A stretch of DNA of 64,000 nucleotides, taken from the NCBI GenBank assembly GCA_013265495.1, contig MU058444.1, positions 1,798,001 through 1,862,000 of the forward strand, given 5' to 3'. Source of the stretch: Vicugna vicugna (taxonomy: Eukaryota). The notes under the pieces were generated by a model. That model made no database searches. It was not told where the DNA came from and saw nothing but the letters and a program-made list of their open reading frames with translations. The position numbers were made by a program, and so were the translations under genes. Positions 38,013 to 51,796 of this stretch are shown here, in pieces; positions within the stretch are counted from its first letter, which is position 1, and every line of letters starts with the position of its first letter.

Positions 38013-38995
38013 GCCATGTCCTTCTTTATCTCGCTAACTTCCTGCTGCTAACCTGAGGCATCGCCTCCAGGACCTGTGAGTTGAGTGTTGCCTCCAGGTC
38101 TCAAGGTGAAAAATTAAGAAATAATAGATTTGTATGATTAAGGAAGAACCCAACTCTTACACTGATTAAACACAGATTCTGTGGGAGGCTAAGTAGAGGT
38201 GTGAATCAGATAGTGCCTAGACTTGGGAGATAAAGTCTGTGGGTGAATAACTCCAAGTCCCCAAGGAAAGGTTCAGTGTCATAAAAAAGATGTGGTAAAA
38301 ATCATCTGGGAATTCCACAAAGAGGAGAAATAGTGAGTTCTAAAAACTCTTCAAAAAATCTTCTTCAGTATACTGAATAACTTTGCTGTTGTTTTGAGAG
38401 ATGACGTGTCCAGAGTGGGTTTTTACAATTGCTATTTCCTAAGTGCTAAGTTTCCATCCTAAATATTTGGGAGGAATTCTAAATACTCTGGTGCTTTCCA
38501 ATTACACTTCCAGGCACGTCAGATGAGGAGCTGTTGATTGAAGTCATACTTAAAAGTCTGGGTTCCCAGATTACAGAAGCACCTCAGAAATGTTGGTTCC
38601 ATCACAGTGTTGGTTGGTGTTAGAGATAGCAGTGAGGATTTTGTTGGAACTTTGAAGGAAAAAATGGAACATTTTCAGCCGGAAAGGATGCACCAGCTCC
38701 TGGTGGGGGATGGTGGTAAATTTTATTTTAAAATAAAATTTCGTTTTCCATAATAAGAGAAAATAATTTTAGAGCAAATAGTCCCAGAAAAAAAAAAGAC
38801 TGCAAACAAAAGTACAAAGACTAGAGACATATTTCTATTGTACTGTTATCACGAAATATGTGCAGCTGGACGGAACCCTGAATGCCAGATATATGGTATA
38901 AATGGTTCAAAGTGTGTCCGGTACAAGCTTATGATGGGAAAACTCCTCTGTGGTCAGACCAGCAAGCACAGCATGAAGACGTCTTCCAGATGCAT

Positions 38996-39023
38996 GGTGT
39001 GTGTGTGTGTGTGTGTGTGTGTG
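38996..39023. repeat. (TG)n microsatellite
   Basis: Directly visible. Confidence 0.95.
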
Positions 39024-39079
39024 TTGGATTAAATAAATCAGCTCCAGACACTTGCTAGCCTCACACAATTCTCAGTACA

Positions 39080-40216
39080 GAAAGGCTTCAGAATAAGTGG
39101 TGCTGGGAAAACTGGACAATGACCTGTAAAGACTGAAATTAGAGCCTTCTCTAACCCCATATACAAAAATAAACTCAAAATGGATTAAAGACTTAAATGT
39201 AAGACCAGAGACTATAAAACTCTTAGAGGAAAACACAGTCAGAAAAATCTTGGACATAAATCACAGCAATGTATTTTTTTGAACCAGCTCCTAGAGTAAT
39301 GGAAATAAAAGCAAAAATAAACAAATGGGATCTAATTAAACTTAAAAGCTTTTGCACAGCTAAGCATACAATCAATAAAACAAAAAGACAACCTACAGAA
39401 TGGGAGAAAATATTTGCGAATGATGCAACCAGCAAGAGACTCATTTCCAAAATAAACAAACAGCTCATACAGCTTAATATCAAAGAAACAAGCAAACCAA
39501 TCAAAAAACGGGCAGAAGACCTAAACAGACATCTCTCCAAAGAAGACACCCAGATGGCCAACAAGCACATAAAAAGATTCTCATCACTAGTTGTTAGAGA
39601 AATGCAAATCAAAACTATAATGAGATATCATCTCACACCAGTCAGAACAGCCATCATTAAAAAGTCTACAAATGATAAATGTTGGAGAGGCTGTGGAGAA
39701 AAAGGAACCCTCCTACACTGTTGGTGGGAATGTAGTTTGGTGCAGCCACTGTGGAAAACAGTATGGAGATTTCTTTAAAAACTATAAATACAGTTACCAT
39801 ATGATCCAGCAATCCCACTCTTGGGCATATGTCCAGAGGGAACCTTAATGCAAAAAGACACCTGCACCCCAATGTTCATAGCAGCACTATTTCCAATAGC
39901 CAAGACATGGAAGCAACCTAAATGTCCATCAACAGAGGCCTGGACAAAGAAGCTGTGGTATATTTATACAATGGAATACTACTCAGCCATAAAAACTAAC
40001 ACCATTTGCAGCAACATGGATGGACCTGGAGATGGTCATTCTAAGTGAAGTGAGCCAGAAAGAGAAAGAAAAAGCCCATATGATATCACTTATATGTGGA
40101 ATCTATAAAAAAGGACACAAATGAACTTATCTACAAAACAGAAACAGACTCACAGACATAGAGAACACACTTATGGTTACCAGGGGTTAAAGGGGGTGGG
40201 AAGGGATAAATTGGAA
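39080..40216 (+). mobile_element. L1 ORF2 3' part and partial 3' UTR
   Basis: [20 protein letters not shown]...[19 protein letters not shown]; stops mid-3' UTR. Confidence 0.95.
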
Positions 40217-40229
40217 ATTTTAAAATTGC

Positions 40230-40392
40230 ACCTCTTGGGGAGTGATGGAAATGTGAGCTGTCTTGACTGTGGCAGTGGTTGCACAGGTGTAGACATCTAT
40301 CAAAATTCATCCAATTGTACATCTGAGATATGTGTAGTTTATTGTACAGGAACCAGACCACAATAAAGGTGTTAAGAAATTATTTTTAAAAA
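40230..40392 (+). mobile_element. Old L1M 3' end
   Basis: ttggggagtgatggaaatgt...tcttgactgtggcagtggttgcacagg...caaaattcatccaattgtaca...caataaag. Confidence 0.75.
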
Positions 40393-42999
40393 GAGAGAGA
40401 GGAAAAAAAAGAAGGCTTCCCGAGAAATATATAGGTTGATTGTTCTCTTTCAGAGAAGGCTGTTGTCTGGACACTAGTAACCTGGATGATAGATTATGTT
40501 CCTCCCACAAAAGTGACCATTCCTTCCTCAGTAAGAAGATTTCCTTATCGATTGCAGACCTATTGCAGGGCCACTGAGTTAATGAACTGCAGTTCTTAAA
40601 AAAACATTTGTCAATAATCCCCTTCATTACCAAAAAAAAAATAAGAATATGCTGTATCCACTTACCAGGCTATTCATATTTTTCCCCCATGCCTATTTTT
40701 CCCCACAGCTTTCTCAACAGAATTATCCTTTTTTGCATTACTCTCATTTCAAAAATTTTCACTAGAAATTCACTCATTATGGACATAAGCAAAGTATATT
40801 CTAACGTTCTGGAGATATGCTCAAAATTATTGCAAAGTAACTGAGCAATCTGGATGAAAGATTTTCAAAGATAAATATACTTTAACCTAGTCATTTCCCC
40901 GTTTACTCATCTATCTTAAGGGAATCGGAGCTTGCATAAAGATTTACGTGCAAGTTTCTCAGGGTGGCATGATTTATTATACAAGTGAAAAAAGTAAAGG
41001 AGCATTATTCAACAAAATATTATTTACCCATCTATTGGAATAATAGGTCACTCACAAATATTGAATTCGTTTTTTTAACAAAGATTGAATCACGTGGAGA
41101 AATTCTCCTAGTGCAAAGTTAAGAGAGAAAAATAGGGAGAATAAAAAATCCACTGAGAAGCCATCTCGTAAGTTTATTAATAAATATAGGCGTGAACTAG
41201 AGCCATGCTTGAAACTGAGACGCTAACCAGACGAGAGAGCTCTGTTACGAATACTTCTCCTTCAGCTCGTCTACATTTCATAGCTATTTATGATGAATGT
41301 GTACTATTCGTTCAAAGGAAGACGTGGACCAAAAGCCAGTCATTCATGTCAGTTGGTACCCAGGGACAGAAAGATAGGCATCCTGGTGGGCGATGTGTGA
41401 GAACCGCAGAGAAGGAAATAAAGTGCTCTCCAAGAGACATATGAATGAAAACCCTACACAAAGGTGAGTAGCCATCTGCAGGGAGAATCGCATTTGAAAC
41501 AAACCCAGCGGAAGAGCTTGCTAGAACTCAGCGATGCCAATAAAAGAGATCCAGCCTCAGGAAGCTCAGGAAGGCAGGTCACACACACACACACACACAC
41601 ACACCACTCCCCAGCTGGAGCCAGCTTGCCAAATATTTTGATTTTCTCAATCAACAGATACTAAAACTCTAATTCCTAGGATGTGGACCGTTGAAGTTTC
41701 TTGGTTGATGTTAAAAAATGACCTTTAGACTTGAAAGCATAGTCTGGAAAATGTGTTATCTTGGGATCTTCTTTTTCCTTCATTGACCTCAGCGGGCTGG
41801 ATAACAAGACCATGGGAGCCTGTCCCAGAGTGTCCACCGAGGGTGCCGTTCTGCCTCCATCCCCAGTGCAAGGCTTTTTCTCATCTGGACTAGCGCAGCA
41901 GCCTCCTGGCGATGGTGTCGGTCCCTCGCCAACCATGAGCCGCACCCACTCCAGCACTGCCACTCCAAGGTACAAATCACATGGTGTCCCTTCCTTACAG
42001 CCTCGGCTCCCAGACGGCTGCAGGAGAAAATCCATCTCATTACAATGGCAAGCCAGTGCTTTCGGGAGCTGAATTCCACCCACCTGTCCATCTTCTGCCC
42101 AGAAGTTCACCCTCTGGCTAAGATGGGCTCACCTGCACTTTTTCTACTCCAAAACACTCCTCCTTCTCCAAAACAGCAGGTGTGGTTCCCCCCACCTCTT
42201 TTCTTTGCCTTCAAACCAAATCAGACTCACTGAGGGTGGTGTCTGGACATCAGTGTTTTGTGTGTTTTTTGTTTTTTGTTTTTGTTTTTTTGATACCCCG
42301 ATGATTCCAATGTGCAGGCAAATGTTGAGAACCACTGATCTGGTCTCCACCCACTCCATTTATCTCTGTGTCCATCTCCCCAGCCCCTCCCCTCCCAGAC
42401 AAACAGTCAATCAACAGCAGGGTCTCGGCTATTCATTCATTCATCCAGTGACTATTTATTATGCGTCTTTAATGTGCCAAGCATTTGCATCTTTATATCA
42501 GACTTCCCCCTCCTCCTCTTTCCTGCCCACCCAGCACTTAACAGAAAGCCTGGCGGGGAATAAGAACTCAATTAAAACCGTGTTCTGTGTCGCTGAAATC
42601 TCCGCGAGGACCCTCCAGCTGTGAATCATGTTCTCAAATAGCTTCTTCTTAAAGAGTTATCAGTAAAATCGCAGACCCTTACCTCTCTTTAACTTTATCC
42701 TAAATTTTAATATTTTAGATCCGGAAAGGATCTTACAATCCAGGGTCCTTAGGGTTAGAACTCTGAGTTTGTTCCAAAGACAACACAAGGAATACACAGT
42801 TTTGAAAACTTTCATTTCCAAATGGGTTTATTCTTGGTCAGTTTGAGTCTGAACAACCGTTCCTTCAGGGAAGAATATGTATTTTTTTAAACAGGAAGTC
42901 GAATCTGCTCATTTCTTTTTGGTGAGGACAGCAAGAAGAAAAAACATAGGCCAAAAAGGGGACTCTGGGAAATGAGTGTGAAGCCTTCTCCGGTACCCA

Positions 43000-43720
43000 C
43001 GTGATGCAGAATTTATTTGGGTTTACTGGGGGGGGCCGGGCTAAGTGGCTGTAGAGGGGCAGCCAGATCACAAAGGATCGAAGCGTTGGCATCGGGGCCC
43101 TTCTTCGTCCCGGGTGGTCACACCACTGACCACGCAGGCTTGACCTGCCCTGACCTCCGGGCCCAGCTGCTTTTCTTTTTCTCCCGTTTGGCCGCCTTGA
43201 GGGTCTGGTCTCTTCCTTGTGCTGTACCGTGCCCTCCTAGCCTGCGGCCGGGAACCTCCCGGTGGTCAGAACCACCACCCCATCCCGGCCACACAGCCTC
43301 ATCCTCTGGGGGCCTGTCTGCCTCGAGCACAGCTCCATCTTCTGGAGCGATGCCCTCCAGCGAGGCCACCTGAGCCTTGATGCGGGTGACCAGCCATCTC
43401 CAGGCCGGTCCCCTGGAGGGTGTGTAGCTTCTGGGCGCGGATAACCAGCCGCACGTCTGCGAAGGAACCGCGACCACTGCGAAGATGGAGGAGAAAGAGC
43501 TCACGGGATGTCATATTTAAATAGAAAGGTTCCCCAGCCTCTCCCCTCTGGCAGCCCCCTGGTTTCCATCGTCGAGCAAATCCAAGTGCTCGTCCCACCC
43601 CCAACCCTCCTCCAGGACAGCGCTCCCCCGCGCCCTCCTCCCTGCGCCGCCCACCTTCTCAGCATCCAGCAGGCAATCAAGTCCGCAAATCTCCCACACG
43701 CGGTGTGCTTACTCTTTCCT
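43000..43720 (-). promoter_or_regulatory. CpG-rich candidate promoter, minus orientation
   Basis: CpG-rich unique sequence; TATA-like tatttaaata at 43514-43523; GC boxes about 43622-43653 upstream on the minus strand; gagATGg at 43397-43395. Confidence 0.5.
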
Positions 43721-44984
43721 TCCTACAACACACACCATTCCCTTTTTGACTCTTCCATGAAAAGGTAACAGGAATGCTGATTCATCATCATCATCATCAT
43801 CATTATTCTGCCTTTCCCTAATTAAATGTGCATTTCACCAGCTCAGTCTGTTTCAGAAAACAGGAAAATTCAAAAAGCGCCGCAGACTTCAAGTCTCCCT
43901 TGATGAATCTTCGTTAACGGGCCAAACAGAAATTGTGCTAGTGTTTATTAGGATTCTAATGAGACTGTGGTATGATTTTACGCAAAGTTTAAACAGGGCA
44001 AGTTGCAAACAAGTTAGAGAAGAGGAAGTTCATAAAAGAGGAAGTGAGGGGACGTCAGCTTGATGCCAAGCAGCATGTACGTCCCTGATGTTCAGTCACT
44101 GGTACACGAACATCAAAACATGCACACACTGACACACGCACATGTGCAGACATGTACACACGTGCACACACTCAGCCACACACACACCTGCTCATGCCCT
44201 CGTACACACACGCATGTGCACACTGGCACAAGTCCACACACTCACTTCTTACTGCCCATGAGGTTCCATGAGGCTGGTACCATGCCATCTACTCATCTAT
44301 TCCCATAGCAATCGGCCAGGCTGAGCCCACAGTGAATACTCAGTACATACAAGGTCGCTCAAAATGTTGACACAGTTTTCAACACCGGTATGTCTACCTT
44401 ATCCAAACCACTGAATGTCTTGTTTTTCCCCAACTGAAATCTGTGGAGAATAACCCCTGCTGATCTCACTGGGTCACAGGGATGCTCAAAGCTGGTGATG
44501 TCTGAGGGCATGACGTAAAGGCGTGGGCAAGTGTGAGAAGGGTCCATAACTTCACACGGTTTTAGCCACGACAAGGTGTGAGATGACAAGAACGTTCACA
44601 GAGAGACAGAAGGGTCACAAGTTCAGATTCTCTTTTCTGAAAAGAGTAGCCTTTTGCTTCCTTCTTGGCTTTTACTTTGTTGAAAGACAATGATGACTTG
44701 ACCCCAGGGTTCCATGTTACAGTTTCATACTAATTGTTCTCAGGAAAAGAATAGGCAGAAAGTTGAGAATTACTGCCGACATTCAGGCCTGGGAGTGGAT
44801 GGACTGGCCACAGGCAGGTTAGTAGAAACCAAAAACCGTGCTCAGCTCGAGACCCAAAGCCATGGGAGACATGAAGTGGAACCTGATCTCCAACTACAGG
44901 GAAGCCCTTCAAAGCTACTTGCTATGTTTGAAGCAGAATAATCTATCATCAGGCTGTGTTTTTCAAACTCTGACATTGTAACTC

Positions 44985-45440
44985 TGTCGAGGGTTGAATA
45001 ATAACCCCCCCAAAATGTCTACATCCTAATATTTAGGACTGTGAATATGTTAGGTTAAAGGTCAAAGAGGAATAAGACTCTGATCAACTGGCTTTGAGAC
45101 AAGGAGCCCAGTGTGATCACACGGTCCCTAAAAGCAGTGGATGGAGGAGACAGACGGTCAGAGTGACGGGCTGTGAGAGGCACTCAACCCAGCTTTGCAG
45201 CTCTGAAGGCGATAGGGGAGCGGCGGAGATGAGCTGAGGAAGGCAGGCAGCCTTCTGAGCTGGAGAAGGCCAGGATGTGGGCTCTCCTTAGAGCCTCCAG
45301 GGGGCATGCAGCCAGCAGACACCTTGATTTCAGCCCCATGAGAGTTCTAGCCCACAGAACTAAAAGACAATAAATCTGCATTGTTTTATGCCATGAAAAA
45401 GTTTGGCAATTTGTTCCAGGAGAGGCAAGAACCTAATCCA
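44985..45440 (+). mobile_element. MaLR MLT1-type solo LTR
   Basis: tgtcgagggttgaat...ccccaaaatgtctacatcctaat...ccttgatttcagcccc...aataaatctgcattgtttta...aacctaatcca. Confidence 0.85.
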
Positions 45441-45537
45441 GGCCCCATATACAAATATATTCATGGAGCAAAAGTTCCATGAAATAGCACTGCATGAATG
45501 CTCTCTGATATTTTTCATTCTATTCCAGTTTACTTCA

Positions 45538-45772
45538 TTTTTTATTGACACTTAGTCAGTTACAGTGTATCAATTTCTGGTGTACAGCACAGTGTCCCAG
45601 TCATACATACATACATTCATTTGCATATTCTTTTTCATTAAAGGTTATTAGAAGATATTGACTATAGTTCCCTGTGCTGTACAGAAATTTGTTTTTTATG
45701 TATTTTTATATACAGTGGCTAACATCTGTAAATCTCAAACTCCCAGATTTATCACTTCCCACCCCCTTTCCC
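45538..45772 (-). mobile_element. L1 3' tip
   Basis: Reverse L1 3' UTR; short flanking repeat tacttca. Confidence 0.88.
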
Positions 45773-45782
45773 ATACTTCACT

Positions 45783-45846
45783 AAAAAAGAAAGAAAGAAA
45801 GAAAAAGAAAAAAAGACAGAAGGAAGGAAAGAAGGAAGGGAGAAAG
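45783..45846. repeat. (GAAA)/(GGAA) purine tract
   Basis: Directly visible. Confidence 0.85.
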
Positions 45847-47499
45847 GCTGGCCATTTGACTGCATGGCCCACCACGGGTTTCACAGCACTTCTGATTTGG
45901 AAAACACCGCCATAAGGGCGTAAGTAAGGACTGCTCTGCGAGGGTGTAAATAGAAGGAAAGGAGAGAAGGTGTTACAGTTTTGGTGACATCATCAAAATG
46001 GTTGCTGCAGCCATGCTCATGAGATGGATAAACTTTAAAATGACTTAGTGTTCGCTGCCTTTGAAGACAGGCTGCCTGTTTGCACACATGTTCACTTGCC
46101 AGGGGCCAGAAGAGGATAAGGGTCAGTGGGACAGCCGAGAGGACAGCTGAGGGAGCGGACGCCCACCATAGCCACTGGTCTCGGGTGCGGGTTCGGTGTA
46201 CCGCGCAAGTCAAGCGCTGAGGAGGCCCGGGTCAGCTGTCTGAGAGCCCGTTAGCACTTTCCTGTTGGCCACCTCCCAACAGAAGCCCGTGCTCACAACG
46301 ATGGGGGCAGTGATGCAGGGCAGTGATATAGGGCAGTGATGCAGGACCACGGTGAAGGGCATTATGGGTACTCATTAGCAACCGTGGTCCACCTCCGACA
46401 CTGGTATCCCAGTGCCTGTGCCCCTGTAAACGATGCAAAATCACTGCTGGGATGGAAATCCTTAGTATTCTTAATGGAATATATCCAGAGATATCACTTT
46501 CTAACAGGACAAAAACTCTGACTCTTATTAGCTATGGAAAATTGGCTTGTGATTTATCTTCTGTGACTCTTGGTCCCACTAACTTTACAACAGAGCTAAT
46601 AGACTTTCCCTCAAAGGATTAGAAATGACCTATGCAAACTGCCCAGCAAAGCTCCCCCGACATAGTATAGGCCCAGCCAAAGGAAACCGTTACTCTTTGG
46701 TGTGGACGCACTCATTCTCACTCAAGTGAACCAGTTCCTCAGCCCTTAAGGATATGCGTTGGGCACCAGGCTAGCCGCTACATGTAGGCTCAGCGAAGCC
46801 TCAGCTTTCTCTCCACTTTGACCTGTCTTTTTTTTTTTAATTAAAGTATATTTGCTGTACAATATTATATGCTACAGGTGTACAACATGGTGATTCACAA
46901 TTTTTGAAAATCATACTTCCAAGAGAGTTGGGAACACTGAAAACTGGAATTTGGTGCAAGGAAGGAGTTGCCAGCCGGCAGACGGGTCCCTTCCCCCGCC
47001 TCTGGCTTCGCAGGCTCCCTCGAGCGCCTCCTACTGGAAAAGCCGAGTATAGCGCCAGCGAGCAAAGCGCAAAGGCTGTTTGCAGAGTCCAGTCCAGCCT
47101 CGCACAGTCAGGCGTGGAGGGACGGGTTTGGAGTTGAGAGCCGACAGCTTAATAACCCGCACATGTGGTGATTCAGACGCTCATTTCTGCAAGATCCGCA
47201 GGGGATTCCCATGCACATCGTAGCAGGAGAGGTCCTGCTTCAGAGACCCGCTTCTTGCCTCCGTCCTGACTTCTAGACAAGTTGCCTCAAGTCAGTCCGC
47301 AGCTTGGCAGCAAACCCTACTTTAAAACAATCGCAATTCGCTCCCCAACGCCCAAAGAAACAAACCACTGCTTCACGGTGGTTTATCGTCTTGCAGATAA
47401 AGAGTGTTTTCAGGGGGAGAAAGAGATGAATGCAGGCTCTGTGTTCTCTTAAAAGCCAAGAATTTCCTTGTCTGTTTCTCCCCGTCCATTTCAAAGTAT

Positions 47500-47890
47500 T
47501 ATAAACAAAAGCAAATTGCCATCCCTTTGTTTCCTCATCCTTCTTTGAATAACTGAGTAAAATGCTAAAGCTTCGGTTGGGCAGCTCATAGCAGCAAAAC
47601 AGGGACGGTCAAGGAGACGCTGGGGTCCTCTGACTCGCCAGCGGGGGGCACTGGTGAGTCCGGGAACTCAAATCGCTCTCGCAGGCACCTGGCGAACGTG
47701 CCCGTTCGTCCCAAGGGAGAGCAGGTGGGCGAGCACGGGGCTCCGCGTCCACACGGGGCACAGCTGGGGACAGTACCCGGCCAGCAGATGTCCTGCCTGC
47801 GAGTGGCCGGACGTCTTGCCGGTGGCATCGCCCTGCGTCCCCAGGGCCGGGGCGGCTTGAGGACGTTCCTGGTGCGCTTCTGCCACCCAG
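47500..47890 (+). promoter_or_regulatory. Candidate plus-strand TATA promoter and first exon followed by a CpG-rich patch
   Basis: TATAAA at 47500-47505; donor ctg|gtgagt after 47653; CpG-dense 47620-47880; CTCF-like cgccagcggggggcact at 47636-47652. Confidence 0.45.
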
Positions 47891-49489
47891 TGGATGTCCT
47901 AACTCTCATTGTGAAGTCTAGCGTTCTGAATTCACTGAAGGCTTACGTATAATTGTTCCTGAAAACTGCCAATCCTTCCCATCAGTGTATTAAAATTTCA
48001 TTTAAAATGGAGTATCAACCCACATCTGGGCTAGCGTAACTCTACATTTATATAAAACATACAATTTTATATGAATGGAAATTTATAGTATACTTTTATG
48101 ATGAGAACTCATGAAAATATGAAGGAAAACAAAATGACCTTTTTCAAATGCAGGAAGATTCATCTTTAAATTTATAGCTTAAAGATACACTAAGAGAACC
48201 CCATTCCATATACATATACCTACGTGTTCAGTTTTTAGTTCCAAACATTAAAAATTCTCTTTCAATTTGAAGTAAAAAAAAAATTAAGTAAGACTTAAAG
48301 GTGTCAATGATTTTGATTCAAAGGTTGGCATTTCTGCTATAGGCTTGGGAGAACACATCGATTTTATCAGATTGCCTTTGCTTGTGGATGGGGTGATTTT
48401 CCACAAAAATTTTATCAGCCCTAGATTCTGAGAGTCTCAAGTTCTTTAAAACTATACATGACATATGACATTTAGGAATTCTTTTATTTAAGTAAGTTGA
48501 TGGGTAAATACACTGACAAAAACATATGACATTCTTCAGAGAACAATTTTTAAAAGTGTAACTCACAATAACCACACATTTACTATGAAGGATCTAAAAA
48601 ACCAGATAGCCTATATTAAAAGGAAAAAAATCCCAGTGTTAAACCATCTTATAAATGTGTTATTAATTTTTGATAGTTAATAAAATATGAGATCATAGAT
48701 AAAAAGCCTTCTGAAATTCTCATTTCCTTAGGCAATGTTACTAACAACCGTAGAAATCCTGCCCCTACTTAAAAAGGAAAATTATCCGAGAAATCTAAGA
48801 ATAATTAAGAAAAATTTAAGATTGAGAAGCCACATGAAAGTGGATTATTTGAAGTTTTACGTTTCATTACAATAAGTGAAAGGTACAAGACAATTTCCAA
48901 ACAGTTGGCTAGTTACACCAAGTGCATTCAGGCATGAGAAACTTTTATGAAAGGGAAAAGGTTTCTACTGTTTTAAGTTTCAACTGAACTTGAACTATAA
49001 CAGCTGAAAGGCGCTGGCTCCTTTCCGAATTTCTCCTGGGTCACTGCAAAATGCGTGTGGTGAAAACTGCATGTGGTAAATCAAACTCAATTAAAATAAA
49101 ACCAGAAAATTGATTTGAAATGGCAATTTAGTTGAACCAGAACTGGACCCTGAATTATTTTGTTTCTCTACCAATCATAATCATTTGAAGCACCTACCTT
49201 CACTTGACTAAGCTACATAAAGCTATCATTACAATTCTATTTTGACAGTGAATCATTAAAGAGGGCAAGAAGGAATTAAGCAGTGAATCTCTGCTATCTT
49301 TGGGAGTTTACAACAATATGTGAGGGCTGAAATTTTGTGCCCTTTCAGTCAAAATTTCACATCAATCAATCAATTCCATGGAACCAGAACTTTAAAGGGT
49401 CTAGGGGAAAAATGCATATCAGATATATAGTTTGCAAACATTTTCTCCCATTCCATAAGAAAATAAGAAATATCTTATATATTTTGGAT

Positions 49490-49825
49490 ATTAAATGGGG
49501 ACTTGTTCGATGGGTATAAAGTTTCAGTTCTGCTAGAGGAGTAAGTCCCGGGGATCTGCCATACAACCTAGTGCCTATAATTGTTAAAATCCAGTATAGT
49601 TCACTTCAAAATTTAAGAGGGTAGATAGATCTCATGTTACGTGTTCAAGGGGAAAAAAAAAATGGGGCACAAGAAAACTGGGAAGTGTTGGACGTGTCTG
49701 TTACCTTGACTGTGGTGATGGCATCACAGGTGTTTGCAGTTGTCCAGACTCTGCAACCCGTACACACTAGATATGTGCTGTTGTTTATACATCAATTAGA
49801 CCTCAGAAAATTTGTTTTAAAACAG
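49490..49825 (+). mobile_element. Old L1M 3' end
   Basis: gatgggtataaagtttcagtt...gagggtagatagatctcatgtta...ttaccttgactgtggtgatgg. Confidence 0.8.
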
Positions 49826-49884
49826 AAACAATGCCTAAGATTCAAAAATCCATAATGCACCCCCAGAAGAAAAGTAAGTTTACA

Positions 49885-49954
49885 ATCTTCCTTTTTCAAT
49901 TTACAGAAAATTGAGTAGAAAGTAGAGAGAGTTTCCATCCACCCCCTCCTCCTC

Positions 49955-50011
<57 letters not shown>

Positions 50012-50310
50012 GTCCTCTATTATTAACGTCCTATTTAGTGGGCTACATTTCTTACAACTGATGTATTTCATCCCTCCCCACTTCCCCTCGAATCCCTAGA
50101 AACCACTGGTCCTTCTGTCTCCATGGTTTTTCTTTCTCCAGAACGCCATGTACTTGTAATCATGAGGCATTTTTAGACTGGCTTCTTTTACATCACAATA
50201 TGCATTTCAGGTCCCACTGTGTCTTTGTGGCTTGATAGCTCATTTTATCACTGAGTAATCGTCTACTGTCTAGATGTACCATAGTTTATTTATATACTGA
50301 CCTACTGAAA
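49885..50310 (-). mobile_element. Old L1M 3' fragment containing (CA)n at 49957-50009
   Basis: aatttacagaaaattgagtagaaagtagagagagtttcc...ttagactggcttcttt...gatgtaccatagtttattt. Confidence 0.75.
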
Positions 50311-50334
50311 CTAAAATAATAACAAAAGAATAAA

Positions 50335-50822
50335 AGAAATAATAAAAGAGTAAAAGAATGCCATTTGCAGCAACATGGATGGACCTAGAGATCGAAATTC
50401 TAAGTGAAGTGAGCCAGAAAGAGAAAGAAAAATACCATATGATATCGCTTATATGTGGAATCTAAAAAAGTAAGGGGGGGGACACTATGAACTCATCTAC
50501 AAAACAGAAACAGACTCACAGACATAGTCAACAATCTTATGGTTACCAGGGAAAGGGGGTGGGAAGGGATAAATTTGGGAGTTTCAGATTTACAAATGTT
50601 AGCCACTATATATAAAAATAGTTTTTTTTAAGTTTCTTCTGTATAGCACAGAAATAGTTTTTGTTTCTTCTGTATAGCACAGGGAACTATGTTCAATATC
50701 TTGTAATGACCTTTAATGGAAAAAATATGAAAATGAATATATGTATGTATCTGCATGACTGGGACACTGCGCTGTGCACCAGAAACTGACACATTGTAAT
50801 TGGCTGTACTTCAATTAAAAAC
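50335..50822 (+). mobile_element. L1 3' end
   Basis: atgccatttgcagcaacatggatggacctagag...cttcaattaaaa; internal duplication of aaatagttttt...gtttcttctgtatagcacag at about 50616-50681. Confidence 0.92.
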
Positions 50823-51796
50823 AAAGTTGACAGCCTCTTAACCTTTCATCCTGTGATGAGGTCTACTGTTTATCCCTCAGGGCTGCACACCTCTCCAGAC
50901 CTGCAGAAGGGTCCCCTGGAAGTCAGTGGAACCCTCATTAGGAGTCAGACAATCTTGCTCTCACTCTCAAGAGCTGTGTCAGGGTGAGCAAATGTTTTGG
51001 TTGTCGTGGTGTTCAGTTTCTATTATGAAAGCAGTATGGATGCTAAAAGAAAAAGATACCTTGCCTGTGGTTGGTTGTCACCACCAAGCAGATAAAGAGA
51101 TTGGAAGAGGCAGAGTCTAACGGCAAGGGAGGCTACGGCCACAGTTCATGAAAGAGATGGTGGTGACTGGACATCATGTGAGTCCCAGGTTTGAAGAGCT
51201 ACAAGCAGATTGGAGATAGAGTTATCAGGCAGTATTAGCAGAATGTGAATTTGCCTGAACGAGGTGAGGTCGGGAGGGGCCCAGGGTCTCGAGGCTTTGT
51301 CTTGGGCAGTTGCAAACTTGGAGCATTGTCCTCTGAAACAGTGAACATGGGTCAAGGGTAGATTTGACAGTGGGGTGATGGGGGATGGGAGTTGGGAGCA
51401 GATCATTTTGTAGGAAACCTACATGTGTGATTAGAAGTTGGATGTATGGTCTGAGGATGTAGGAGAAATGATCTGAACATAGTGACGGGGGAGTGAGGAG
51501 GCCCTCCCTGCCCTGGACCCACAGCCCTGAGTCTAGAGCTGGATTCAAGGTAGAACCAAGTTTGAATTAAAGGCTAAGAGGTGGAGGAAGGTCTTCCGGG
51601 CAAAGTTGAAGGTGCGGGGAGATTGCTGTCATCAGCTCAGCACAACTATAAACGTACCACCACCTTCTCCAATACCAAAAATAGAGACCAGAAGCAGACT
51701 CCTGATCCCCTCTTCTTTCCTCTATTTATATTTGATCTTTTGAAAATATTTGGCAAAGTTTTATTATATGAGTTTATGCAAAATACGGTATTCAGT

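Noticed and set aside
42676..42690. Strong minus-strand donor gag|gtaagg
   Set aside because: No convincing acceptor or start site nearby, so an isolated match could be chance.
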